Shown: positions 1-13,100 of the stretch, one piece after another
How positions within the stretch are numbered: the stretch's first letter is position 1
Layout: every line of letters begins with the position of its first letter
From: the human T2T-CHM13v2.0 reference genome, Homo sapiens
DNA length: 64,000 bases
Assembly (NCBI RefSeq): GCF_009914755.1
Contig: NC_060928.1
Strand: one strand, 5' to 3'
Made by a program: the position numbers and the translations under genes
Notes under the pieces: generated by a model
Told to the model about the DNA's origin: nothing
The model's database searches: none
What the model saw: the letters and a program-made list of their open reading frames with translations, nothing else

Positions 1-471
1 AAAATATTGCTACTAGTTGCTTAATAATTAAAAGATAAAAATAGCCACTTATTTATTTCCTGAAAGTACCTTTACCAAATAATCTGTAAAGGTAATGAGA
101 GGCAGATTCTAGGTAAAAAAAAAATAGACAACTCTTATGGAGTTTTGAAAATAGTGTCAATACTATGGTTTAGAGTTTAAAGATATGATGAAAAGTTATT
201 ATTTGGGGTCTTATATTTTTACCCTGAGTAGTAATACTTTCAAAGTAAAATCATGTTTTTCTTCTTCTAAAATAGATTTTTACAATTAAGCTTTAATTTT
301 GAGATAATTTTAGACCTACCTGCTGTTATAAGAAAGAGATTCCATGCACTGCTTACCCAGTTCCTATGGTGGTTATTCATATTTTTTCCATTTGAAAATT
401 TAAACTTGTTTCTTATATGTTCTGTTGTTTCCTTAATGAGACTTTCCATATTTTCTCTTTTTAAATCGGCT

Positions 472-493
472 ATTAATTAATTAATTAATTAAT
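472..493. repeat. (TTAA)n palindromic microsatellite at the tail end of a minus-strand Alu
   Basis: attaattaattaattaattaat read directly; abuts the poly-T of the Alu. Confidence 0.9.
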
Positions 494-494
494 T

Positions 495-787
495 ATTTTT
501 TTTTCAGACAGAGTCTCACTCTGCTGCCCAGGCTGGAATGCAGTGGTGCGATCTTGGCTCATTGCAACCTTGGCCTACTGGGTTCAATCAATTCTCATGC
601 CTCAGCTTCCCGATGTAGCTGGAAATACAGGTGTGCACCATCACACCCGGCTAATGTTTGTAATTTTAGTAGAGATGGGTTCTTGCCATGTTGGCCAGAC
701 TGTTCTCAAACTCCTGGCCTCAAGCAATCTGCCCACCTCGGCCTCCCAAAGTGCTGGGATTAAAGGCGTGGGTCACCATACCTGGCC
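495..787 (-). mobile_element. Alu SINE, old (AluJ/Sx-like), dimeric
   Basis: poly-T, gacagagtctcactctg...ccaggctggaatgcagtgg, central gtaattttagtagaga, ...cctcccaaagtgctgggatta...cctggcc. Confidence 0.95.
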
Positions 788-851
788 TTTCAATATTTTC
801 ATTTGTTCTCTTCTCAGTCTTTGTTGATGTTGGTTAGGGTGAGGCAGGGCA

Positions 852-1300
852 TGTATCTAGCAGAGATCTAGCAGGAAATATATATTGCATACTTAAAAAT
901 GGTCATTGAAAAGAGTTTAATAAAGGACATTTTACAATTGTATAGACACACTTATGGGAGATCAAGAAGGAAGGTGAAGTATCAGATGGATTGGCAACAG
1001 CTGGCGACCTCTGCCTCTCCTAGGATTGAACATGGCAGGACTTGCATCTATAGAAGGGTGCCCAACTGCAGCTGTGGCTCTCAGTAAAGGAAACAGCCAC
1101 TGATAATCACAAGTTAATAGAGATATTTAAATGCAATGGCAGTTCTCTGTGCACAGCCACCCATCTCTCATTGGAGTTTTCCACTGAGAAAAATTAAATG
1201 TAAGTCTTGAAAAGAAGTCTAGCGCTGCAGAACAGAAAAGTCAATTACTGGTACACAGAGTAAGAAAAACGATGGAGAGTAAATCTCAAGGGCCAAGTGC
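852..1300. mobile_element. Ancient LTR relic (MaLR/MLT1-like)
   Basis: gagtttaataaagga...tttacaa...ggcaacagc...cctagg motifs resemble old MLT1-type LTRs; highly diverged, boundaries approximate. Confidence 0.4.
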
Positions 1301-2697
1301 AAAATGTTAAGCCAAGAGGGGATTCCATACAGTGAAGAGGAGAACAAATTAAGCACATTTTAGTGAGAAGTTTAGCCTATCTAGAGAAGAATTCAAGTGA
1401 GACAGAAATTGTATATAATTGGAATTGTTTTATCCAATTTCCATGCAGTGATCATGGAGCACTGCAAAGGCAGGATCAGCAGTCTCTGCTGAGGCATATG
1501 ATGGAATGTAAGCAATTCACAGGTTATGAAATGGCTAATAAGCACATATAGGTAGTAAAAGAGATGACATAGCAAAGCTTTAAATATTCAGTTCTCTATT
1601 TGTAATGAAGAAAATGTTTTTCGCAGTAAGGCAAAAGAATAAAAAGTAAGTGCAATTAACATAGCAAAATATAGTAATTTACGTTAAAAGGTGTTTAATT
1701 ACAACAGAAAGTGGAAGGGTTGGAAAGATTGGACATTTTGTAGAGATGAATCCATTTTGAGGAAGATAAAATCCAGATTGATATGCTGAGTATGTGTTAT
1801 TTTATTTGGAGGATTTGTGTGAGTGTGGCATTTTTTTCTCATTTACATGAACAAGCTGTAGTGAAAATAAAAAGTCTCAACTAGAAATCTGCCTTCCAAT
1901 GAGAGACTATAACCATCTAATCACGACCCTTTTTCTTTCCAATACAATTAGGGTCATCAGAACTACATCTTCCTAAGAGGGAAAGAAACACCCAATAACA
2001 TCTTGGCAGGTGCTGCATAATCATGCCTCAAATGACTTTCTGAAGATAAAAAGAAAGTGGTACTTGCTTGCATAACTGAACATATCTGCCTGAGTTGTTT
2101 TCCTACAGATGTTATCCTGGGAATAGAAACAAAATTGTTCATTCCCTAGCAGCCTTCAAGAAGCACTGTGATCTAGGGCAGCACAGAGCCAGCAATGAGA
2201 GACAGAATGACATTCACAATTCTAGAAGAAAACACTGGAGTGGAATATACACAGAATGGCTGTTTGGTCTCAAGACTGCATGAATTATTATCCGGCTATG
2301 CTGGATGTTCTAATTCCTTTCTCTCAGAGGACTGTAGGTAGATACATATGCTGACTACATATGTGGATAACACTGTCGAATGCCAGTTTTCACTAATAGT
2401 GTTTGTGTTAAGCTCTCTAAACTTTTTAGGCTGGCACTATTTGTGGCCAAAAGCATATTCTAAAGTATAAATCCTTGAGAGCAGTGACTGTCTCTTATTC
2501 AACTTTGTATTTGCAGCTTGATCCTAGTGCATATGCAGTATCATAAATGCTTTTGACATTAAAGATCTTTTATATTCAAGCTATAGTTACAACTCAAGGG
2601 AGCTTAAGAGTAGGGATTATAAAATACCAGTGCCTAATATTTTATATATTTGGATTTTTTATTCAATTTCTAAAATAAATTGAATGAAAGAAATGAA

Positions 2698-2995
2698 TTT
2701 TTTTTAATTTTTTTGAGAAGGAGTCTCACTCTGTCCCCCAGGCTGGAGTGCAGTGGCGCGATCTCGGCTCACTGCAAGCTCCGCCTCCGGGGTCCACTCC
2801 ATTCTCCTGCCTCAGCCTTCTGAGTAGCTGGGACTACAGGCGCCCGCCAGTACGCCTGGCTAATTTTTTGTATTTTTAGTGGAGACGGGGTTTCACCATG
2901 TTAGCCAGGATGGTCTCGATTTCCTGACCTCATGATCCGCCCGCCTCAGCCTCCCAAAGTGCTGGGATTACAGGTGTAAGCCACTGCGCCTGGCT
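2698..2995 (-). mobile_element. AluY-like SINE
   Basis: Young-subfamily features ctcactgcaagctccgcctcc, ccattctcctgcc, ttagccaggatggtctcgat; many CpGs retained; gaattttt on both flanks. Confidence 0.93.
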
Positions 2996-3345
2996 GAATT
3001 TTTTGTTTTATATGAGTATGTATTTCTTGAACTCAACTTTGTTTTACCCCAAATACTAAAGAGAACTCATATCATTTCAGGGAAGTGTAGGAATAGGACT
3101 ACACTACACACATACTACCACTTTACCCCAAATTCTTGGCAGGTATTAAAACTTCAACTTGGAGCTTTTCTATTGAGTCCAAACTCAAGGTTATACTATT
3201 TTTCAATGTAATACTCTAAGCCAAATGTCCCCAGCCTCCGGGCCATGGACCCTTACTAGTCAGTAGCCTGTTGGGAACCCCAGGCTGCACAGCAGGAGGT
3301 CAGTGGTAGACGATGAAGCATGACCAACTGAGCTCTGCCTCCAGT

Positions 3346-4136
3346 TGAGAGGTTAAGCCAGCTGGACTTCCTGGGTGGAATGGGGACTTGGAGAACTTTT
3401 CTATCTAGCTAGAGGATTGTAAATGCACCAATCAGCCCTCTGTGTCTAGCTAAAGGATTGTAAATGCACCAATCAGCTCTCTGTAACAAAGCACCAATTA
3501 GCACTTTGTGTCTAGCTAAAGGATTGTAAGTGCACCAATCGGCCCTCTGTAAAAAGGCACCAATCAGCACTCTGTGTCTGGCTAAAGGATTGTAAATGCA
3601 CCAGTCAGTACTCTGTAAAATGGACCAATCAGCACTCTGTAAAATGGACCAATCAGCAGGATGTGGGCGGGGTCAAATAAGGGAATAAAAGCTGGCTACC
3701 CCAGCCAGCGGCAGCAACCTGCTTGGGTCCCCTTCCATGCTGTGGAAGGTTTGTTCTTTTGCTCTTCACAATAAATCTTGCTGCTGCTCACTCTTTGGAC
3801 CCGCACTATCTTTATGAATTGTAACACCCACTGCGAGGGTCTGCAGCTTCACTCCTGAAGTCAGCAAGACCACGAACCCACCGGGAGAAACAAACAGCTC
3901 CAGACGCGCCACCTTTAAGAGCTGTAACACTCACTGCGAAGGTCCGCGGCTTCACTCCTGAAGTCAGCGAGACCACGAATCCATGGGAAGGAAGAAATTC
4001 TGGACCCATCTGAACATCTGAATTAACACAGACACATCATCCCTAGGAGCTGTAACACTCACCGTGAGGGTCCGTGGCTTCATTCTTGAAGTCAGGGAGA
4101 CCAAGAACCCAGTGGAAGAAAGCAATTCCGGACACA
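3346..4136 (+). mobile_element. LTR12-family (HERV9) solo LTR, LTR12F-like 5' end
   Basis: Starts tgagaggttaagccagctggacttcctgggt, ends aattccggacaca; tandem ctagctaaaggattgtaaatgcaccaatcag repeats; U5 repeats ctgtaacactcac...cttcactcctgaagtcagc. Confidence 0.92.
3428..3690 (+). promoter_or_regulatory. LTR12 U3 promoter/enhancer: 7 CCAAT boxes, GC box, TATA-like AATAAAA
   Basis: CCAAT at 3428, 3469, 3494, 3535, 3560, 3625 and 3649; GGGCGGGG at 3665-3672; AATAAAA at 3684-3690. Activity is not shown by sequence alone. Confidence 0.6.
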
Positions 4137-4460
4137 CTATCAGATCAGTGGCAGCATTAGATTCTCATAGGACTGTGAACCCTGTTGTGAACTGCACATG
4201 CGAGGGATCTAGGTCATGTGCTCCTTATGAGAATCTAACCAATGCCTGATGATCTGAGATGGAACAGTTTCATCCTGAAACCATTTCCCCCCTCCATCCA
4301 CAGGAAAATTGTCTTCCATTAAACCGGCGCTTTTTGCCAGAAAGACTGGGGACCACTGCTCTAGATAGGCACTCCCAATAAATCAGTGTTGGTAAACAAT
4401 ATGGAACCTGTTTGTTGTCCTGGGTTCAAAGATATGCAGACATGCATTGTGTAATGAAAA

Positions 4461-4479
4461 CACACACACACACACACAC
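4461..4479. repeat. (CA)9 microsatellite
   Basis: Read directly. Confidence 0.9.
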
Positions 4480-6930
4480 CCCCATCTATATACTCTTATT
4501 CTTACCAACTACAACTAAACTCTACTATACTTGAACCAAACTATATGCTATAACTAACTAAACTATACTCCAGTTAAATTATTCAAGGACTGTATTCAAA
4601 CTAACTAAACTACTTAAATCAGGCAAAATAAATCTACATATATTTCATTATCATCATACTGTGCTTTTGAAACTAATATTGTATTTTAGATTTTTATTAA
4701 GATGAAGCTATTTATTTATTATATGAGCCTGTCCTGCCTTATTTATGTATTTTATTTCTGTTTGCTAATAACTTCTAGCAGAGAGAAACACACTTATCCT
4801 TGCAACAATTATTTATAGAGTGCCTATTATGTATTAGGCCTTATGCTAGAAAAGGAAGTTTTCCAAAGGACAAGTTAGCTCTGAAGAAACAAAATTTAGA
4901 TTCCAGATTGTAGTTAGCCAGTTTGGTTTTTGTTACTATCCTATTCATGTATTTATCCATGCTTTACATTTTATAAATATTAAGAAATGATAACTCAATT
5001 TATTATATTTCTATGTATTACTATTTTATACTAATTTGCAGGCAAATTTGTTCAATGAAAGGAGAAAATTAAAAGAGTGTTCCATTAGTGAACATGCTGA
5101 GTTTCAAGAAGTTATGTTCAATATTTTAACTGATCTATCATTGCCTTACTTTCCTGAAATTTAAATGGTATTTAAATGGGTGTGATGGCTTAGAATCCAC
5201 ACTAGTATTGATTTCAATGGACTCCAGTTGAAGCAGGGGCTCAAGATGTGACAAGATTAAGTCAGGCATCTGGTACTCATTGACTTATTCTGCTTGGAGA
5301 TACCTCCTTGCCAACAGGTCAAAAGGAGCATGGAAAAGATTTTGGGCTTAGAAAGAGAAGACTACGCATAGCTTTTAACAGTGACAGGGCTCCAGCAAAG
5401 TAGCCTGAGGTTGAAATTTGGGCCCTGGAATCAATGAGTAATGAGTCAACTGATGAAGAACTGAAGGAAGTCATACCTCTATAGTAGAGATACAAAACTG
5501 ATTTTCTGTGTCCAAAGTGTCCAGCCAAGTCCTATGGCAGATAAAAAGCAACAGGATAATTTCCAGCCCCCACTCATTTGTGGAGTTTCCTCTCCCAATG
5601 CTCCTCCTGCCGTAGTTGATTGGCTTCTGTCCTAGGTGATTGTGCTAGCGTGTCCAGGAGAAATAAACTGTGAACTCCAATTTAGGAGATGGGGAATAAT
5701 AAGGCTTTTTAGAAGAGAGAAATACAAATTGAGATACTTTATATTTTAAATGCATTTGCTGCTTTTTTCTGTCCTTTAGCACTCTTTGTTGGTTCTCAAT
5801 TGCCTTCCAGAACAGTAATAAAATGGTATTCCCTCTTACATTTTGCATATTTAAACATATATTTTGTTTTGCTTTGTGATTACATTTCAATACATTGTTC
5901 AATTTGTGTCTAGTCTGTTTTCCTTCAAGTTGTTTTCATTTCTCAGCGTGGCCAAGAATAACTGACAATATACTCAAGAAAATATTCCATTTCCCTAATT
6001 CAATACTCTTCAAAATATGCATTTATTTACCCTTATTTTATCATTTTAGACTCCACTAAGATATAAAAATAATTAATTTAATATTCATGTATATTCATAC
6101 TTTTCCTGTAGGCTGTGAGATCTGCTGAATTCATTGCATGAACTTTGAAAGAATGTGGAATCAGTGTTCATCACAATCTATGTTCTGTTTGGTTTACTCT
6201 TTGTTCTTCACTGATCTTTATGCGTATTATGAGAATTACAGTCGTTAGCAGTGTGCCTATTTTATAATTTATTAAACATAATTTCTCTCAGAAATAGATA
6301 TTCTAGTAAGGAAGATAAAGTTAATATGCAAATAAATATGACAGAACATGAAACAAGTGCCTCATAAGGTGCATAAAGAGCATGTGATAGAATTTCAGAA
6401 AAGAAAGAGATCTGATTGAGCAGGAAGACATTTATTTAATAGGTTACATTTTATTTGGCTCTCACAATATGGGAAAATTTTTAAAAATGCATATGTTTGG
6501 AAACATCCTCATTCTTATGTTTTAAGAGACAACATTGTCATATTTTGGGCCATTATTAAGAGTTCATTAATATATTTAAAAACAAAATATTACACAACCA
6601 AAGAGAGAAAAACAAATGCCTGAAAACAACCTCTCATAGAGAACAAATAAAAATTTTTCTTAAAAGTTACAATATGCCAAAACACCTAAAGTTTCTTAAA
6701 CATAGTACTCTCTGACCTGTGTGGAGCTTAAGCTACAATTTCATGGGCTCTAGGCTACCCAGAAACATCACGATGTCCTGTTAACACAAGTCACAATACT
6801 CTTAAAAGTTTTGCTTCACTCTTACAGAAAAGCACTGAGAGCATTTGCCTTCAACTCACATAATGAAATTTCAGTAGCAATAGTCAATCTCATGATACAT
6901 TTTATTTCAGGTAAAATAAAAGGTTTATCA

Positions 6931-7318
<388 letters not shown>

Positions 7319-7693
7319 AATCATTTATCAAAGTCCCTCCTACACAGTAACTTAGTAGTTGCTCCCATGCATTTTTAGGTAGATTTTTCTAATATTTCTT
7401 TCACACAAGCACACCCTGCCCCACAGATATTATGACATTTTCTCTCCCTCTTCCTGGCACTTCTGGCTTTCTTTCCTCCAAGAACCCACAGAGTTTTTAG
7501 TTTTTCTTCTTCCTCCTCATCCTATTCCTGTTCTTGTGTTTTTCACTTCTGCAAACTAATCCTTTTCTCTTGTCTTCTCCTCATTGAGTGGTTGCCTTTA
7601 CAATTGACAGTTTATATGGTTGCTGATCCTGTCTGCCTGAAGGGTAGCCGGTAGAGGTAAATTTAGCTACAACCATCAACAGTTTTCCTTTAA

Positions 7694-8039
<346 letters not shown>

Positions 8040-8189
8040 TCTTACTTTTTAAATACCCTCTGCTTTGTGAATTAGCTGCGTAAGTGGCCAGACTCTGACT
8101 CTCCCCCCTCCTTTGGAGATGACCCTTTTCAACTTCTACCATTCTCACAAATGCACATAGAATCAGATAAAATGTCATATAGTCTTTAT

Positions 8190-8310
8190 AGTTAGCCTGG
8201 TACATGAGATATAACTGATTTCCAACTTACAAAGAGTGAATTGAGGCCCAGAGCGGTTGGAACATCCTAAGTTGTCTCACAAGCAAGGAGCAGAGCTAAC
8301 ACTACAAAGC
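8190..8310 (-). mobile_element. MIR fragment
   Basis: ttacaaagagtgaattgaggcccagagcggtt resembles the MIR core. Confidence 0.55.
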
Positions 8311-8701
8311 AGGCCCAGCACTCTCTCGGCTGTCAAACACTGTCTTACCTCGGACTCACACAAATCAAAAATGTAACTTTTACATCTTCTCTATTCTTAG
8401 AGTTTCACTGAGGCAAACATAATTTCTTAGGAAAAGAATAAAACCAAACATTTCTTTTCATAATGGCAGTGATAACTAGTAGAAGAAAAAGAAGAAGAAA
8501 GGAAATATAGATGAAGATCCCCCTTAGAAAGTTCCACGAACACTTTAGATTCCGTATCTGGTAGCGAATTTGATGTACAAAGAAAGTTTTGTCTTGTTCC
8601 GTGGCCTTTCTTCAAATGGTAACATATCTCTTTAATTCGTTTAATTAAGTCAATACTCCACACCGCTTGATGTTTAATGCAAACTGACATGCTATTTTAA
8701 C

Positions 8702-8870
8702 CACAGTGCCAAACTCACTGTGTAAGAATCACCTAGGGAATTTCTTAATTATAAAGATTCCTGAACATACCTCTAGAAGTTTTACTTTAATAGGTTAAGG
8801 GGAGGGTCTAGGAATCTGTATTTTTAAATGCTTTCCCTGTGATTCTGATGTACAACCCATGAGAGAAGTA
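8702..8870. mobile_element. MER5A-like hAT-Charlie MITE
   Basis: agaatcacctaggga...agattcctg...ggaatctgtatttttaa...gtgattctgatg. Confidence 0.7.
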
Positions 8871-10249
8871 TTAATTCCCACTATGTATAATCAACAATTC
8901 AATAAAAACTTAGCTTTCATAAGAAGATAATTTATTAAATTTCTAGACAATCATCATTTCTTGGTTTCCCATAGGCTATTTCTATCACTTTTCTAAACTG
9001 TACTTTTTCTTATTATTTATCAGAGAGTTACTTTAGAAGGAGAGGACAGGATTGGAAATGTGTATTAGTGTCATCTATTCACTTACCCAATCCATAGTAA
9101 ATATTCATGTAGAGTCAACTGCAGGAGTGGGGAGGGGGAAAGAATTGAAATCTAATGAAAGTTAATCAAAGAGAAGAACTTCCTTCAGGCTGGCCATGCA
9201 TGTCTGTGGTTTGTCTGTCATTTATAATGCTGCAGCCTCTGGTTCATAGTCAAGCTGTAATTCTGCCAGTTAATGTATCCAATTAACCCCACTAATGAGC
9301 TAATCAACAGTGTAAAATCTGTGTAAAATCACTGAGGGTGTATGATGAATGGGAAATGCACTGAACTCTCCTAATATAAAAAGTGCTTTACTGCACTTGT
9401 TAAAGTGGCACTGTCTTATCCCTCTCTAAAGGGTAATTTATCACCAGGGTCCGTAAAAGTGCCATGCCCTGATAAGGCAGAGGTGGCAATAAACCCATCA
9501 GAAAATGATTACTCAGGAATGTGGAGCAATTACAATGTCTCCCTGTATCAGAGTCATAGCCTGGAGAGCAAATGTGCTTTTCTGTTGATTCAGGGTTCAA
9601 ACAAAGAACCAGCAGTAAACTTGAAGGTGATCCATAACTTGTAAACGGATGATATTTTATATGAATGTATATTCATTTGAAATCTTCTGAAGCAAGTGTT
9701 TCTAGTATACCAAGCTCCATAATACTGTTGTATTGTAAATGAAGACAGTGATTCATTCCAGAAACTCCTTATTGTAAAGATAGGGCAATACAAAGTTGGT
9801 AGCCTTGTAGGAGCTATCAATTTTCTCTAAACATCAATCTTCTCTTATGGAAAGACTTTCATCAGCAAATTCATAGTCCTTTTCTCTTGTTCATATAAGA
9901 AGGTAACATTCTAGAAAGGCTCACTCACATCTGAGAAATTCAGGCTTTCCTTGTGGCATAGGATTCAGAGACACCCTCTTCAGGATAGATCACAAAACAA
10001 ATCCCAGCATATGTTCTCTCTCTTAGTATCCTTTTATGGCACAGTCCTTGGATATTCTATCTTCTGAATCAGTTGGAAATCAAGGGTCAGCTTCCACGAA
10101 AAAAAAAATGTGGCATACCATGTTCATTTCTGGATAATTCTCTACTCTGTTTGCTACTGTAGATGACGTAAATCCTTGTCAATATTTTCATGTTTCTATA
10201 TCTGGTCACTTTTCTCAAAATTGTGGTCCTCAAAACAGGCATTCCCCCA

Positions 10250-11100
10250 CTCCACTTTTTTACCTTAAAATATCTCTCTACCTTTCTTTTAACTATAGTT
10301 GGTCATCTTGCCTCTAACAGAAGACATGGCCCACCTTCTTTCTAAGGCTAATTCTCCATCTCATATTGGTAATCTTATCCATGCTCTATTGGTTATACTT
10401 TTACATGTTCAATCTCTCCTTTTATCCCGTTTTCCTTACTTTCATCTAAAAAATATGCTCAAGCATCACTCTTATTCAGGGTGGAAAGATATTTCAGGGT
10501 GGAAAATATTTTTCTTCCACTCTGAATTTCCCTTTAGTTACTATACTTGTTCTTAATATTACTTAAAAGTGTACTTTTTGCTTACTGTCTCCTCTTTGCC
10601 AATGCATATACTAACTTAACCTAATAATCTTGTCTCTCCAAACCTGCTTTCTCAAAGGTCATTAACCTCTCAAATATCAAACCCTGTGGTTTTGTGATAG
10701 TGATCATCACAGTTAACCTCTTTGAAAAAAATCTCACACACTTAAGTACATTTGCTTCCCCCAAATTATCATGCCCTCACTTTCTATGACAACTGCATTT
10801 TTGGTCTCCTTACATCTCTGATTACTTTTCTTAAAATTATCTTCCGTAGGCTTTAGTCCACTATTCTTTTTATGTATATGTTTTACAATAGGATTCAATG
10901 TACACATTTAAAAATATTCCTACCATGCCTATATACACAACTAGAGTATAGTTCTTGCCCAATAGTTTGATTATATCCTCGATAGTCCAAAGTATGACAC
11001 TGCAGTTCTGAACTCATATGTGAATTCCAGGTCTGAATTTCTAAAATCCACTAGCTATTGTTGATACCTCAAACATAATATTTGAAAAATTTAGCTTGTT
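10250..11100 (-). mobile_element. L2 LINE fragments
   Basis: Pyrimidine-rich diverged motifs such as ctttctcaaaggtcattaacct, ttctatgacaac and atacctcaaacataata; boundaries approximate. Confidence 0.5.
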
Positions 11101-11114
11101 AAATCATACTACTC

Positions 11115-11880
11115 AATCAGTATGTCCTTTTTGGGTTACAAACAATTTCCACTAAAATTAACTTGATTAAAGAGGAATTTATTGGACATATACTTGGGTG
11201 TGACTAGACTAACAATAGTTAAGTGTCTGTATCCTTGTTCTCCCACCTTCTTTATAAGTGTCAGTTTTATGAAGTCCAATAAAACCCATTCACTTCATAG
11301 GGTAAGGAAGGTGATTGCCAGTAACTCCTGATTTTCATTGTCTTAGTCTGCTCAGGCTGTTGTAACAAAATATTATAGATTGGGTGACTTAAACAGCAGA
11401 AATTTGTTCCTCACAGTTCTGGAGGCTGGGAATTTCAAGACTAGGGTGCCAACTGATTTGGTTCCCAGTGAGGGTTTCCTACCTGGTTTGCAGACAGCCT
11501 GCATCTTGCTGTTATTCTCACATGATGGAGAGAGAAAAAGATCATCTCTTTTGTGTCTCTTCTTATCCAGGCGCTAATCCTATTCATGAAGTCTCTACCC
11601 TCATAACCTAGTAACCTATCAGAGGCCCCAGCTTCAAATAATATTACATAGGGGATTAGGGCTTCCACATATAAATTTGCAGGGCGGGGAGGAGGACAAA
11701 TATTTAGTCCAAAGGATTCATATTTGAGCTTCAAATTTTGAAGTTTTGACTGATCTTTTTTCCTAGTTCCAGTTTGCAAAATCAGAGAGAATTCCTCTAA
11801 TTAGCTAATTTTAGGCCATTTGAGAGACACCTGACCATTGTAAGCTCATCTAAGTGAAGTGAGGCTGATCTCAGAGGTTA
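11115..11880 (-). mobile_element. Old MLT1 (J/K/L-like) LTR interrupted by MLT1A
   Basis: gggttacaaacaa...aaagaggaatttattgg start; resumes after 11722 with ctctaattagctaattttaggccat. Confidence 0.45.
11339..11716 (-). mobile_element. MLT1A/MLT1A0-like MaLR solo LTR
   Basis: tgtcttagtctgctcaggctgttgtaacaaaat...ctcacagttctggaggctggg...ggggattagggcttccacatataaattt; 5-bp TSD ttcat at 11334-11338 and 11717-11721. Confidence 0.88.
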
Positions 11881-11919
11881 TGGCATTGTAATAATCCAGG
11901 CATGCACTTCAACTGACAC

Positions 11920-13100
11920 CCATTACTACCTACCTTTTGTTTCTGAACTATGGCATCAACCAAATCACAAAAGCTAAATATTGTAGCATTATTTTTACCA
12001 CTTTTCTTTTCCTCTAAAGCCAATCACCAAACTTTAGTCATTCTATTTCTACATTGTCTTACTTGTATTTCCATTTTCCTCTTTTTCCGATGCCGATGCC
12101 GTAGTTCAAACCGGACATCATATCTCTCCTAGACTATTGCTACATTGATTTCCAACTTGAATCTCAAATATTTTTAGAGCATTCTTTCTAGCCAAGTCAA
12201 AGATGATGATTACTCTCAGCATACATGCAGACTATAATTTCTCTTTTCCCTCCATTTACAGCCATTTTTTAACTTTTTCTTTTAGTATAGAAGGTTATAA
12301 CACAACGTTATAATCAAATCTTATGGGAAAGTTGCCAGTTAATACTTTCTGTCTTGAATTTCTCCACTTTCTTCTCTCTAGAAACTGGCAGAGGTTTTCA
12401 CCTACACCAACAAATTAAACCAACCCTTTTAAAACACTAAAGACATCCATCTTGCTAAATTGGCTATCAGTTATCTGTTTCCTTTTTACTCAAACCTTAG
12501 CAGCATTTGATACAGATACTCACTTTTCATTCTTTACTTTCTTCTTGTTTTTTTACTTTCTACTCCCTTCCAATTTATTTCTTATTTTATAGATGTTTTA
12601 TTTTCATTGTTCATTGCCAGATCTATATCTTTTGTCAAACTCCAAATGTTGATATTCCCCAGGGTTCAGTCCTTAGGCTTCATTTTTTTTCCTTATATTG
12701 GTTTTCTCCATAGGTTACCTGTGCAACATTCTCTGCCCTCTGTACATATAGACTTATTCTTGATCACATTAACATACTGTGACCCTCTGGCATATCTATC
12801 ATTTCTTTAATACTTCCATATTTCTTCAATACATCCTGTGCCCACAGAATTGACATTGATCAAGTCCTTACCCCTTCTCTGCCTCAGATATCAACACTGT
12901 CATCTCTAAGACTCAACTCAATGCTACCTATCCCATAAAACCTTTCCTGATAATCCCTCCCATATCAACTGGAATAAATTATTCTGGGTTTTTCCTCTGT
13001 GTGTAATTTGTGCTTCTTTTAGCCACTTATTTCTTATTCTCTTATATTTTGCTATCGAATATTTGACAGCCCCCCCCAGTCTATGATCAGTCTTTGGCAC
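11920..13100 (-). mobile_element. L2 LINE fragments
   Basis: ttagcagcatttgatacag, aaatgttgatattccccagggttcagtccttagg, aaaacctttcctgataatccc resemble the L2 3' region. Confidence 0.6.

Larger units (their letters stand above)
3222..4358 (+). mobile_element. MER1B (hAT-Charlie) DNA transposon split by an LTR12 insertion (pieces 3222-3345 and 4137-4358)
   Basis: Termini caaatgtcccca...tggggaccactg; internal cagatcagtggcagcattagattctcatagga; 8-bp flanks ctctaagc / ctctagat, typical of hAT targets. Confidence 0.88.

Noticed and set aside
3400-3660. Regularly spaced direct repeats resembling a CRISPR-like array
   Set aside because: These are the known tandem U3 enhancer repeats of LTR12, with no unique spacers, in eukaryotic DNA.
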